Source: Pseudomonadota bacterium
Lineage (GTDB): Bacteria > Desulfobacterota > Desulfobacteria > Desulfobacterales > RPRI01
Assembly: GCA_043825875.1 (NCBI GenBank)
Contig: JBDRRF010000076.1
Location: forward strand, 160,001-224,000
Length of the DNA stretch: 64,000 nt
Reading direction: 5' to 3'
Notes under the pieces: model-generated
Database searches by the model: none
Told to the model about the DNA's origin: nothing
Seen by the model: the letters and a program-made list of their open reading frames with translations, nothing else
Made by a program: the position numbers and the translations under genes
Shown: piece by piece, positions 9,742 to 17,323 of the stretch
How the letters are laid out: each line of letters starts with the position of its first letter
Numbering within the stretch: the first letter of the stretch is position 1

Positions 9742-11499
9742 ATGTCTGAAAAAGAAAATATAGAAGAAATAAGATTAAACGGAATTGAAGCTTCACCCGG
9801 AATCTGTATTGGCAAAGCATATCTTGTTGATAAAGAAGGTGTGGATGTAGTTGAAAAATATTTTATCGACAAGAAAAACCTGGATCATGAACTAAAGCGC
9901 TTTAAAACAGCGGTAAAACAGGCTGTTAATGACTTAAAACAAATAATCGAAAATATACCTAAGGAAGTGCGCAACCATACCGGTATCATTGAAACCCATG
10001 TTGCTCTTCTTAAAGACAGGAAACTCTATGATAAAACCATAGAAACTATAAAAAACGAAAGAGTTAATGCTGAATGGGCGCTTAAAAAGGTTGTAGCAGG
10101 CATCATGGTGATGTTCCAGAGCATAAATGATCCTTATCTTAAGGAACGGTCTAATGATATTTCTTATGTTTCAGATCGTATTGTGAAAAAACTGATGGGA
10201 TCTGAAGAAGTAAATATCGGCAAAATAGACAAGCGCGTCATTCTGGTTGCAAAAGATCTTTCACCTGCCGATACAAGCCAGATCCAGTTGGATAAAATTA
10301 TGGGTTTTATTACCGACCGTGGCGGTAAGACTTCTCACACAGGAATCATAGCCCGTACACTTGAAATACCTGCTGTTCTCGGCTTGGGTAGTGCTACAAA
10401 AATAATACATAATGATGATACGTTAATAATAGACGGATCAACAGGGGTTGTAATTGTAAATCCCTCGGAACAAACACTTAAGAAATATAAAGAGATTGAA
10501 ACCAGAGAAGAAGAGCATAAAGTACATTTATCGTTTGAAAGCCATTTTAAGGCAGAGACTATCGATGGGTTTTCTCTGCCGGTTATGGGGAACATAGAGC
10601 TTCCTGAAGAAGTTCCTTCAGTGCTGAACCATGGTGGTGATGGCATAGGGCTTTACAGAACCGAATTTCAATATCTTACACGAAGCGATTTTCCAAGCGA
10701 GGAAGAGCTTTTTGATAAGTACAAAAATGTTGTTGAGTCGATAGCTCCGAAACCGGTGACAATCCGTACGCTTGACATAAACGGGGATAAAGCGCTTGTA
10801 TCTTCCAATGGTTTTGACGAACCAAACCCTGCTCTTGGACTTCGTGCTATAAGATACTGTCTGGAACGGCCTGAAATTTTTATAACACAATTAAAAGCAA
10901 TATTAAGAGCCGCTGCTTTTGGAAATGTGAGAATCCTGTTTCCAATGATATCAGGCATTGATGAAATACGCGAAACAAAAAAATACCTTAATGAAGCTGC
11001 TGATCTGCTTGAAAAAGAAGGAAAGGCTTATAATAAAAACATCCCGTTCGGAATAATGATTGAAGTACCATCCACAGTTATAATGGCCGATGCTATGGCC
11101 GATGAAGCTGATTTTTTCAGTATTGGTACAAATGACCTTATCCAATATACTCTTGCGATAGACAGGGTTAATATGGGAGTCGCCCACCTTTATCAACCCT
11201 TTCACCCTGCTATTTTACGCATGATCAAGCACGTAACTGATGTTTGCAAAGCAAAAGGCATAAAGGTTTTTGTATGCGGGGAAATGGCAGGTGATCCTTT
11301 GAATGTGCCGGTTCTGCTCGGGTTGGGAATAGACGGACTGAGTATGAATCCCCAGTCAATTCCGGCAGTAAAAAATATGATACGATCACTAAAGATCGAG
11401 GATACAAAAATATTTATGAAAGAAATTCTTAATAAGACCACCACAAATGACGTAGCAAAACTTGTTGAAGCCTCTTTCGGAAACATTATTTCAAAATAG
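9742..11499 (+). CDS. ptsI: Phosphoenolpyruvate-protein phosphotransferase (PTS enzyme I)
   Basis: GGKTSHTGII, GIGLYRTEF, NPALGLRAIR, MIEVPS, SIGTNDLIQY, CGEMAG. ATG 9742 preferred over the TTG overlapping ptsH. Confidence 0.95.
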   Translation: MSEKENIEEIRLNGIEASPGICIGKAYLVDKEGVDVVEKYFIDKKNLDHELKRFKTAVKQAVNDLKQIIENIPKEVRNHTGIIETHVALLKDRKLYDKTIETIKNERVNAEWALKKVVAGIMVMFQSINDPYLKERSNDISYVSDRIVKKLMGSEEVNIGKIDKRVILVAKDLSPADTSQIQLDKIMGFITDRGGKTSHTGIIARTLEIPAVLGLGSATKIIHNDDTLIIDGSTGVVIVNPSEQTLKKYKEIETREEEHKVHLSFESHFKAETIDGFSLPVMGNIELPEEVPSVLNHGGDGIGLYRTEFQYLTRSDFPSEEELFDKYKNVVESIAPKPVTIRTLDINGDKALVSSNGFDEPNPALGLRAIRYCLERPEIFITQLKAILRAAAFGNVRILFPMISGIDEIRETKKYLNEAADLLEKEGKAYNKNIPFGIMIEVPSTVIMADAMADEADFFSIGTNDLIQYTLAIDRVNMGVAHLYQPFHPAILRMIKHVTDVCKAKGIKVFVCGEMAGDPLNVPVLLGLGIDGLSMNPQSIPAVKNMIRSLKIEDTKIFMKEILNKTTTNDVAKLVEASFGNIISK

Positions 11500-11600
11500 G
11501 ATAAAATCGGCACAATTTAAATTATTTGGAAATATACGGATTGTGACAAATCATAAAGCAGGAGCTGTAAAACCGGAATTTAAGCATTTGGAAGAAATCA

Positions 11601-12059
11601 TTGGAAAATACCCGCAATAAAAATATCTCAGAAAACAGAAAAGCACGGCATGACTATTTCATTGAAGATGAATATGAAGCAGGCATGGTTCTTCTTGGAA
11701 CCGAAGTTAAATCTCTAAGGCTTGGCCGGGCAAACCTCAAGGATTCATACGCAAAAATTAAAAACGGAGAGATTTTTGTTCATCAAATGCATATAGGCCC
11801 CTGCCCATTCGCTTATTATGCAAATCATGATCCGTTGAGAATAAGAAAACTTCTATTAAACAGGCAGGAGATAAACAAGCTTACAAACAAGGTAAACGAA
11901 AAAGGACACTCCCTGATTCCTTTAAGGTTATATTTCAAAAACGGAAAAGTAAAAATTTCAATCGCACTCGCCAAAGGCAAAAGACAATACGATAAGCGGG
12001 AAGCTATCAAAAAACGCGATGAAAAAAGGGAAATGGATAGAGATAGAAGCGAAAGATAG
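11601..12059 (+). CDS. smpB: SsrA-binding protein SmpB
   Basis: NRKARHDY, EAGMVLLGTEVKSLR, RKLLL, GKRQYDKRE. Confidence 0.97.
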   Translation: MENTRNKNISENRKARHDYFIEDEYEAGMVLLGTEVKSLRLGRANLKDSYAKIKNGEIFVHQMHIGPCPFAYYANHDPLRIRKLLLNRQEINKLTNKVNEKGHSLIPLRLYFKNGKVKISIALAKGKRQYDKREAIKKRDEKREMDRDRSER

Positions 12060-12221
12060 CCTCTATTTGTGCACAGCAATTCCCGGTGGAATAATAAACT
12101 GTCTAATATAACCATCCAAAACAAAACTGAAATTAAAGACTATAAAGATTGCTGATTTCGGGAAATTTTGCTTGACTTTATAGCCATTCTTTATTAGATA
12201 AACAATTCTTTAAAAGACTGA

Positions 12222-12297
12222 TCCCCAGTAGCTCAGCAGGTAGAGCAAGTGGCTGTTAACCACTTTGTCCGCGGTTCGAGTCCGTGCTGGGGAGCCA
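12222..12297 (+). tRNA. tRNA-Asn (GTT)
   Basis: 76-nt cloverleaf TCCCCAG...CTGGGGA-GCCA, anticodon loop ctGTTaa, GGTTCGAGTCC T-arm, encoded CCA. Confidence 0.97.
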
Positions 12298-12299
12298 AA
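12247..12299 (+). repeat. att core, left copy (3' part of tRNA-Asn)
   Basis: aagtggctgttaaccac...ggggagccaaa is identical to 20533-20585. Confidence 0.95.
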
Positions 12300-12305
12300 C
12301 AAATC

Positions 12306-12342
12306 AAGGGCTTAGATAAGTTTTAAATCTAAGCCTTTTTTT
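12306..12342 (+). terminator. Element-supplied terminator downstream of tRNA-Asn
   Basis: ggcttagat...atctaagcc stem followed by a T-run. Confidence 0.75.
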
Positions 12343-12363
12343 ATTCCCCACGTTATTCCCCAC
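12341..12363 (+). repeat. Putative integrase arm-type sites (2x TTATTCCCCAC)
   Basis: Tandem copies at 12341 and 12353. The same motif occurs at the other end (about 20348, 20385, 20397). Confidence 0.7.
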
Positions 12364-12450
12364 ATTTTAACTTGAAAATAAAAAAAGGCGGATGAAATCA
12401 CCCGCCCCCTTAAATTCTTTCAAAAGCCTTTCCGGATCTTTACGCTTATT

Positions 12451-12945
12451 TTATAATGCTTTTGGTGTATTCTTCCGCCGCATTCGAAAATCATCTAAAT
12501 TTAATACCGGTTCTTTTATTTTCAAATCCTCAATTTCAATCAACAAACTATCAAAGTCTTTTAGTAAAATTTGGCAAGCTGCAACGGGTGAAATGTCTTT
12601 TTCTGCTAAATCGTTCATTCTATTTATAATGCCATTAAGAAATTTATATTTATTTAAAACTTCCGCTGAAAAAAGCGGGCCATTTCGACGCATCTTTATG
12701 GCTGCAATTATATCTTTAAAAAACATGTTTGAGTATCTATCCCGCTCGGTTCGGATATTTTTTACATAATTACGATAGGTTTTTAACGTCGATTCTTTTA
12801 ATGGTTTCCCGTACTTGCTAACATGGTTTTTAAGCTTCTTTTTTATATTGATATATTTATTGATAACGTTCGTTCGGTAGTAATGTAATTTATGTTTAAG
12901 CTCAGCTTCAAGCTCATTTAAATCCATACTTTGATATTGTTTCAT
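12451..12945 (-). CDS. Hypothetical protein (element cargo)
   Basis: 164-aa ORF with ATG and a G-rich RBS. No recognised motif. Confidence 0.6.
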   Translation of the reverse strand: MKQYQSMDLNELEAELKHKLHYYRTNVINKYINIKKKLKNHVSKYGKPLKESTLKTYRNYVKNIRTERDRYSNMFFKDIIAAIKMRRNGPLFSAEVLNKYKFLNGIINRMNDLAEKDISPVAACQILLKDFDSLLIEIEDLKIKEPVLNLDDFRMRRKNTPKAL

Positions 12946-13157
12946 ATCTTACCCCCCCCTTAAAATAAAAAAGCCTGAAGGCGTCCCCGGTCCAGAGAAC
13001 CGCTCACAATATCACTATTGCAAGTACCTTCAGGCTTATTTTTAATATTTGTTTTCATGTCTCTGGCTTTGGGGTTTTTATATACTTATATACGTGTATA
13101 AGCATTGTCAAGCATTATTTATTGACTTTTAAGTTTTAAATCCATATAAAAAAAGTT

Positions 13158-13322
13158 ATGAAAGAACGAAAACCCTTCACAACAAGTTTAAACATATTGC
13201 TACTTAAAGATATTAAGAAGCTTGCAATTGACCATGACAAAGGTGTTAATGATCTTCTCGAAGAAGCTATCCGGGATATTCTAAAAAAGTATGAATTACA
13301 GTCTCAAAAACCCACCAAATAG
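13158..13322 (+). CDS. Small ribbon-helix-helix DNA-binding protein (54 aa, below ORF-track cutoff)
   Basis: MKERKPFTTSLNILLLKDIKKLAIDHDKGVNDLLEEAIRDILKKY fits the RHH pattern. TTGACT promoter element just upstream. Confidence 0.8.
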   Translation: MKERKPFTTSLNILLLKDIKKLAIDHDKGVNDLLEEAIRDILKKYELQSQKPTK

Positions 13323-13478
13323 CATAACCTATTAACTAATTGAAATTGCTTATAATATCGGCTTAATTAGAGTCGTTTACAGCGTACTTTATGAAAAAGA
13401 CATGGTTTAGCATGCCTCGTTTACGGCCGTTTTTCAGTTTTGAACCCGGATTGCTACGCTTTACCCCAAAAACAGCTT

Positions 13479-13525
13479 GGGTCCTTCCAGAGGTCTTTCG
13501 ATATTAGGGGTAATTCGCACCCGTC
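13479..13525 (+). other. Putative lambda-type cos site (cosQ + cosN), plus-strand copy
   Basis: GGGTCCT (13479-13485), 23 nt ending TTAGG, then the 12-mer GGTAATTCGCAC (13509-13520). Same geometry as lambda GGGTCCT-23nt(..TTACG)-GGGCGGCGACCT. Confidence 0.75.
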
Positions 13526-13579
13526 TATTTTTCTACATGTGATGATTTTTCATAAGTACCTAATACCATGACATAATCA

Positions 13580-13933
13580 TTAATCCCCAAATTTAAAAAA
13601 ACCCAGATCATCATCTGGATCATCATCAACGTCATCATCCGGATCATCATCAAAGCCAAATTTGTTTATATTTACAGATAGTTCAGGATAATCATAAACA
13701 AAATCTATACACGAATTATTTTGTTTTGGCTGTTTCCGGTTTAACAGAAAGCTTTTGCGGCCCCACTCCTGCAAAGCAACTTCAAGATCAATTTTCTTTA
13801 CATTTTTTATATTAACAATAGAGTGGCTTAACTTGCCGGATTTAATCGCGGCGGAGATCCTTTGCCGTGATACTCCTATCAGCCTGGCAAATTGGCTGTT
13901 GGTTATAAAGATTCTATCTTTTTTTCGTGGCAT
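13580..13933 (-). CDS. Small winged-HTH protein, terminase small subunit (Nu1)/Rpp-like
   Basis: TNSQFARLIGVSRQRISAAIKSGKL...IDLEVALQEW HTH plus an acidic tail. Starts immediately downstream of a cos-like site, as nu1 does. Confidence 0.6.
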   Translation of the reverse strand: MPRKKDRIFITNSQFARLIGVSRQRISAAIKSGKLSHSIVNIKNVKKIDLEVALQEWGRKSFLLNRKQPKQNNSCIDFVYDYPELSVNINKFGFDDDPDDDVDDDPDDDLGFFKFGD

Positions 13934-14011
13934 GGCATAACTTTTAAAAACTGCTGTTGTTTTTTCTTTAAAATTACAACCCGATTTTGTAACTTTGTGT
14001 CTAAAAAAAGG

Positions 14012-14058
14012 GCAGGGTGCGAATTACCCCTAATGGAAAAAAACTTTTAGGAGGACCC
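14012..14058 (-). other. Putative lambda-type cos site (cosQ + cosN), minus-strand copy
   Basis: Minus strand GGGTCCT (14058-14052), 23 nt ending TTAGG, the same 12-mer GGTAATTCGCAC (14028-14017), flanked symmetrically by AGG/CCT. Confidence 0.78.
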
Positions 14059-14071
14059 GCACCTTTTCCGG

Positions 14072-14818
14072 TTAACTTGCGCTTAAAGTTTCAAGGTATT
14101 GGTCATGCAATTCCGGTTGATCATGTATAACGGCACGAACAGCCTGTGCCATTGACATGTTATGTTCCGAAGAATACTGATTAACCGCTTCCATAAATGG
14201 CTCTGTCGTATGTTCTACCTTTGCCATAGGTTCACTCTTTGGCGCCTTGGCTTCATCTATCAGGTTGTTAACGTATGATTCATGCAGATCCGGGTTTTCT
14301 TCTGACACGGCACGAACAGCCTGTGCCATTGACAAGTTATGTTCTGAAGCATACTGATTAACAACGTCCATAAAAGATAGTTTGGTTTCTGTCTGGACTG
14401 AAGCTTTGCCTTCCTCTTTTTGTTTGAGACAGATATGATCCGTCCAAAGTTTCGGATATAGCTCTTGACATCTAAGCGTTGCTACGCCCTTTGATTGTTC
14501 TTGGTGTTCCCACTGATACCTTGAAACAGCCGCCTCAAAAGTCAAAGGGATTCCACCCGGGACACCTTGCTTGCCTGTATCCTTTACTTCTTCAGGCTCA
14601 ACGGCTGCATCTGTGCTTATTAAATGGTTAAAATAACTCTCACCGTTTGGGAATTGTTTCTGAAGCTCTTTATCGCGGAAAAACTCACGATCTGCACTTA
14701 TTTTTAGCAGTAATTCTGACCCTTTAATCTCGCTCGGTTCCCCATTTTCCAGAATATGCCGATAAAAGCTTAATGCTTCCATTGTGTTTTCTGCAGGACT
14801 CAAATTATTATCCATCAT
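14072..14818 (-). CDS. Hypothetical protein with three copies of a ~35-aa helical domain (capsid scaffold-like)
   Basis: FMDVVNQYASEHNLSMAQAVRAVSEENPDLHESY and FMEAVNQYSSEHNMSMAQAVRAVIHDQPELHDQY, plus a diverged third copy. Confidence 0.7.
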   Translation of the reverse strand: MMDNNLSPAENTMEALSFYRHILENGEPSEIKGSELLLKISADREFFRDKELQKQFPNGESYFNHLISTDAAVEPEEVKDTGKQGVPGGIPLTFEAAVSRYQWEHQEQSKGVATLRCQELYPKLWTDHICLKQKEEGKASVQTETKLSFMDVVNQYASEHNLSMAQAVRAVSEENPDLHESYVNNLIDEAKAPKSEPMAKVEHTTEPFMEAVNQYSSEHNMSMAQAVRAVIHDQPELHDQYLETLSAS

Positions 14819-14829
14819 AACCCCCTTTA

Positions 14830-15384
14830 TTAAATAAAATGTGAATGTTCGAATTTTCTAAAGACGTCATTCATTTTAAATCGCATGTTTGCATCAAGCC
14901 CGGAAAGTGCGTTGGTACTATCGGGCAAGCATTCATCCTGAATAATTTTTGCCATGGTTTTAAAAGCTGTTTGACGCTCTTTAATGAACTCGTTTATTTC
15001 ATCCACGAGCAAATCGCCATGAGGAAGAAGCCGGTCAGTCAACTTTTTTAAGATTTGCTGATTGATTTCAAAAATCTGCTGTTCGATTGGTTTTATCTGT
15101 GAGTCAATTTCTTCGGGAATGTCTTCATACTGCGGAAGTAATTCAAGGATACCGGTCAGCTTTTTCTGGATTTCGGGAACCTTGGCATCATTGCCATCGA
15201 CAAGAAGATCTTTTATTTGTTTTTTCAAGTCTTCTGCCTGCTTCTCATATCCAAGAATAGTGTCCTCAACTTTCTTCTTCCGCTCCATAATCTGCTCTTT
15301 GTTTTTGATAAGCACCTGTTTTTGTTCAAGTTCAGTTTTTACTGCTTCAATACATTGGTCCAGACAGCTGTTCTCTTTCTCCAT
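14830..15384 (-). CDS. Coiled-coil hypothetical protein
   Basis: Heptad-rich E/K/Q sequence, AGGAG RBS, tightly linked to the next gene. Confidence 0.75.
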   Translation of the reverse strand: MEKENSCLDQCIEAVKTELEQKQVLIKNKEQIMERKKKVEDTILGYEKQAEDLKKQIKDLLVDGNDAKVPEIQKKLTGILELLPQYEDIPEEIDSQIKPIEQQIFEINQQILKKLTDRLLPHGDLLVDEINEFIKERQTAFKTMAKIIQDECLPDSTNALSGLDANMRFKMNDVFRKFEHSHFI

Positions 15385-15484
15385 GGTCCAATTCTCCTAT
15401 TTTGTGTAATGGTTATTAAAATTTTGCCGTGTGAATGTGCCGACCGGAAAGGGTTTCGGTTGCCGGGCCTCACGGTTGCCGGAT

Positions 15485-15727
15485 TCACACGGGCAAACTG
15501 TTTAAAGCTGTATTTGCTAAACTTATTAAAAAATTAACGTGATTTATTTCTTCTTGGTAATCATGCTTTAGCTTTTCTCTTTTCTTAAATTCTTTATAAT
15601 CAAGATATCCGCTCGGCAATTCAGAAAGCTTTGCTCTGGCATCTGCAATCCGCTTGTTATAATTTTCAAGATCAAGAACTGCTTCTTGTGTTAATTGTTC
15701 AGAAGTATAAAAAATAGTATTCGACAT
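15485..15727 (-). CDS. Small coiled-coil hypothetical protein
   Basis: MSNTIFYTSEQL... helical ORF in the element's main operon. Confidence 0.6.
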   Translation of the reverse strand: MSNTIFYTSEQLTQEAVLDLENYNKRIADARAKLSELPSGYLDYKEFKKREKLKHDYQEEINHVNFLISLANTALNSLPV

Positions 15728-15789
15728 TTTTACTTTTATCTTTTTTGTTTTTAAAAAAACACACAAGTGTGAATCTGGAAGATTCGCAC

Positions 15790-15957
15790 CCTTCTTAAGA
15801 CCTTCTTAAAAACATACTTATAATACCTTCTTAGGGGGGAATTTTTTCCCATGTTTTGGAAAAAATCTCCCATGTTCAGGGAAAATTTTCCCGTCATTAC
15901 GGGGAATTTTTTCCCATGCTCTTTTTTGATCTTATTTATTACAGGGAATTTTTTCCC
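15790..15957. repeat. Iteron array / probable replication origin of the element
   Basis: Five GGGAATTTTTTCCC-like quasi-palindromes at about 15837, 15858, 15879, 15902 and 15944 (21-23 bp period, one 42-bp gap), plus three CCTTCTTA repeats, directly downstream of the rep gene. Confidence 0.75.
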
Positions 15958-15968
15958 ATAAAAAAGCA

Positions 15969-16685
15969 TCATACCGCCACCCGATCTCTTAACTTTTGGT
16001 TTAAATAACCCGGCTTCCAATGCTTTTTTGGAATAAGAAAAACCCGCCAAACTCTTTCGCCTTCATAGGTATCATATGGTTCAATTAAAAAGTTCTTTTG
16101 AAGGCTTTTTATAGCATCCCCCACACTTCGCCTGTTGATTCCGGCAAATTCAGCTAACCGCCCAATTTCAGCACTACACAACTCCCAGCGTCGTTTTGCA
16201 AAACGCTCTTTGAACTCAAGGTTATCATATTCAACGTTCTCATCTTCTTCGGCATCATAATATGAGAAATATCTCATTACTGGATAAAGTGCTTTTGCTG
16301 TTGGTTTGAGTTCTGACCATGTGCCGCTTCTAATAATCCCATTATAAAAGAAGAACGACCGGCCATTTTCACCCTTTTGAGGAAATTTCAATTTATAGTA
16401 CTTACCCCGTTTTCCGTGCCGGGTCAGAAAATACTCCCATGTAAACCCAGGAAAACCGTCAAGGTCTTTAATACCTTGCCGTACGGTTTTAATATCTAAG
16501 CGCGATAGTGCAGCAATTGTTTCTTGACCCGGAAATGCTTTACCGTGTTCATCACAATGACAAGCAATTACAGGAAGAACCGCCTTTGCTGCTGTTGATA
16601 TATTTGACCAGTTCATATTCTCGTTCCATCTTTTATCGAAACGAAAAAACAGCGTCCAATCAATATCAGCCGAAAAATGATACAT
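15969..16685 (-). CDS. Replication initiator-like protein with tandem winged-HTH domains
   Basis: AFPGQETIAALSRLDIKTVRQGIKDL (HTH_36-like) and internal duplication WSNISTAAKAVLPVI / WSELKPTAKALYPVM. ATG 16685 follows a GAGGG RBS; iterons lie downstream. Confidence 0.75.
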   Translation of the reverse strand: MYHFSADIDWTLFFRFDKRWNENMNWSNISTAAKAVLPVIACHCDEHGKAFPGQETIAALSRLDIKTVRQGIKDLDGFPGFTWEYFLTRHGKRGKYYKLKFPQKGENGRSFFFYNGIIRSGTWSELKPTAKALYPVMRYFSYYDAEEDENVEYDNLEFKERFAKRRWELCSAEIGRLAEFAGINRRSVGDAIKSLQKNFLIEPYDTYEGERVWRVFLIPKKHWKPGYLNQKLRDRVAV

Positions 16686-16787
16686 TATTATCGCCCTCAC
16701 AGCGCAACCGCCCCACAAGAAGTAATCGGAAGAGAAACGAGGTGTGAGGTTCCTTGCCTATCGGCGCGCGCCGCCTATCTCTTCCGA
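16686..16787 (-). ncRNA. Structured leader RNA upstream of rep (possibly int-alpA motif family), copy 2
   Basis: 10-bp outer stem TCGGAAGAGA/TCTCTTCCGA enclosing TAGGC..GCCGATA and a hairpin with loop CCTCAC, which is complementary to downstream GTGGGG and GTGAGG (the RBS). Confidence 0.65.
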
Positions 16788-16928
16788 AATTCAAAATCTG
16801 CAACTGGTTTTTGTTTTGGTTATTAAATGCGTCAAGTGAACGGTTTGAGCAACCCTGGGACATAGTATCAGGCTGACACATGCCGGAAGCTGAAAACCCG
16901 CTTCTTAGAACCTCTGGTGGCTTCATGC

Positions 16929-17126
16929 TTATGCACTCAACGACTTTTCAGGATCAATCCGGTGTGAGTCTATAAAAGACTCAATATCTTTAAGCCGGTA
17001 TCTGACAGAACGCCCGATTTTAATAAATGGAAGTCCACGGCTCATAAAACGATCATTTCGTAAAGTGAATACGCTTTTACCGATAATTTTTGCTGCTTCT
17101 TTTTCGTTGATAATTCCTAAGCTCAT
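16929..17126 (-). CDS. AlpA/excisionase-like HTH protein
   Basis: INEKEAAKIIGKSVFTLRNDR..GLPFIKIGRSVRYRL.DIE is a typical MerR-like HTH_17. AAGGAG RBS. Confidence 0.9.
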   Translation of the reverse strand: MSLGIINEKEAAKIIGKSVFTLRNDRFMSRGLPFIKIGRSVRYRLKDIESFIDSHRIDPEKSLSA

Positions 17127-17323
17127 ATTTACTCTCCTTTTTTCAATGTACTTCTTTTAAAAAACAAAAAAGCCACAAGATTATTTATCCTGTAGCTATA
17201 GAGTACTACTATTTTTTTCTAAGTCAATTATTTAAAATGATTATAGGAAGTTAGCTGATATTTTAAACTTTAGAATATCAGCTTTTCTTTTGATAAATAA
17301 GAGGGTTTTACAGTTATTAAAGT

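Noticed and set aside
12060..12221. Possible tmRNA (ssrA) next to smpB
   Set aside because: No GGGGxxG 5' end, tag reading frame or tRNA-Ala-like 3' end. The only RNA gene here is tRNA-Asn.
13503..14034. IS/MITE or invertible promoter defined by the 20-bp inverted repeats
   Set aside because: No transposase or invertase, and no target duplication. The conserved external GGGTCCT at fixed spacing argues for cos sites. Inversion remains a testable alternative.
15837..15957. CRISPR-like repeat array
   Set aside because: Repeats are 14 bp with spacers of mostly 7-9 bp and no cas genes are present. An iteron array fits better. No CRISPR array was seen anywhere in the window.
15751..16050. 99-aa ORF with GKKFPV repeats
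   Set aside because: The repeats are the translation of the iteron boxes and it overlaps the rep 3' end without an RBS. A frameshifted Rep extension cannot be fully excluded.
16666..16926. 86-aa ORF directly after alpA
   Set aside because: It runs through the structured RNA and overlaps the rep start, with no recognisable domain. It could be a coupled leader peptide but cannot be supported as a protein gene.
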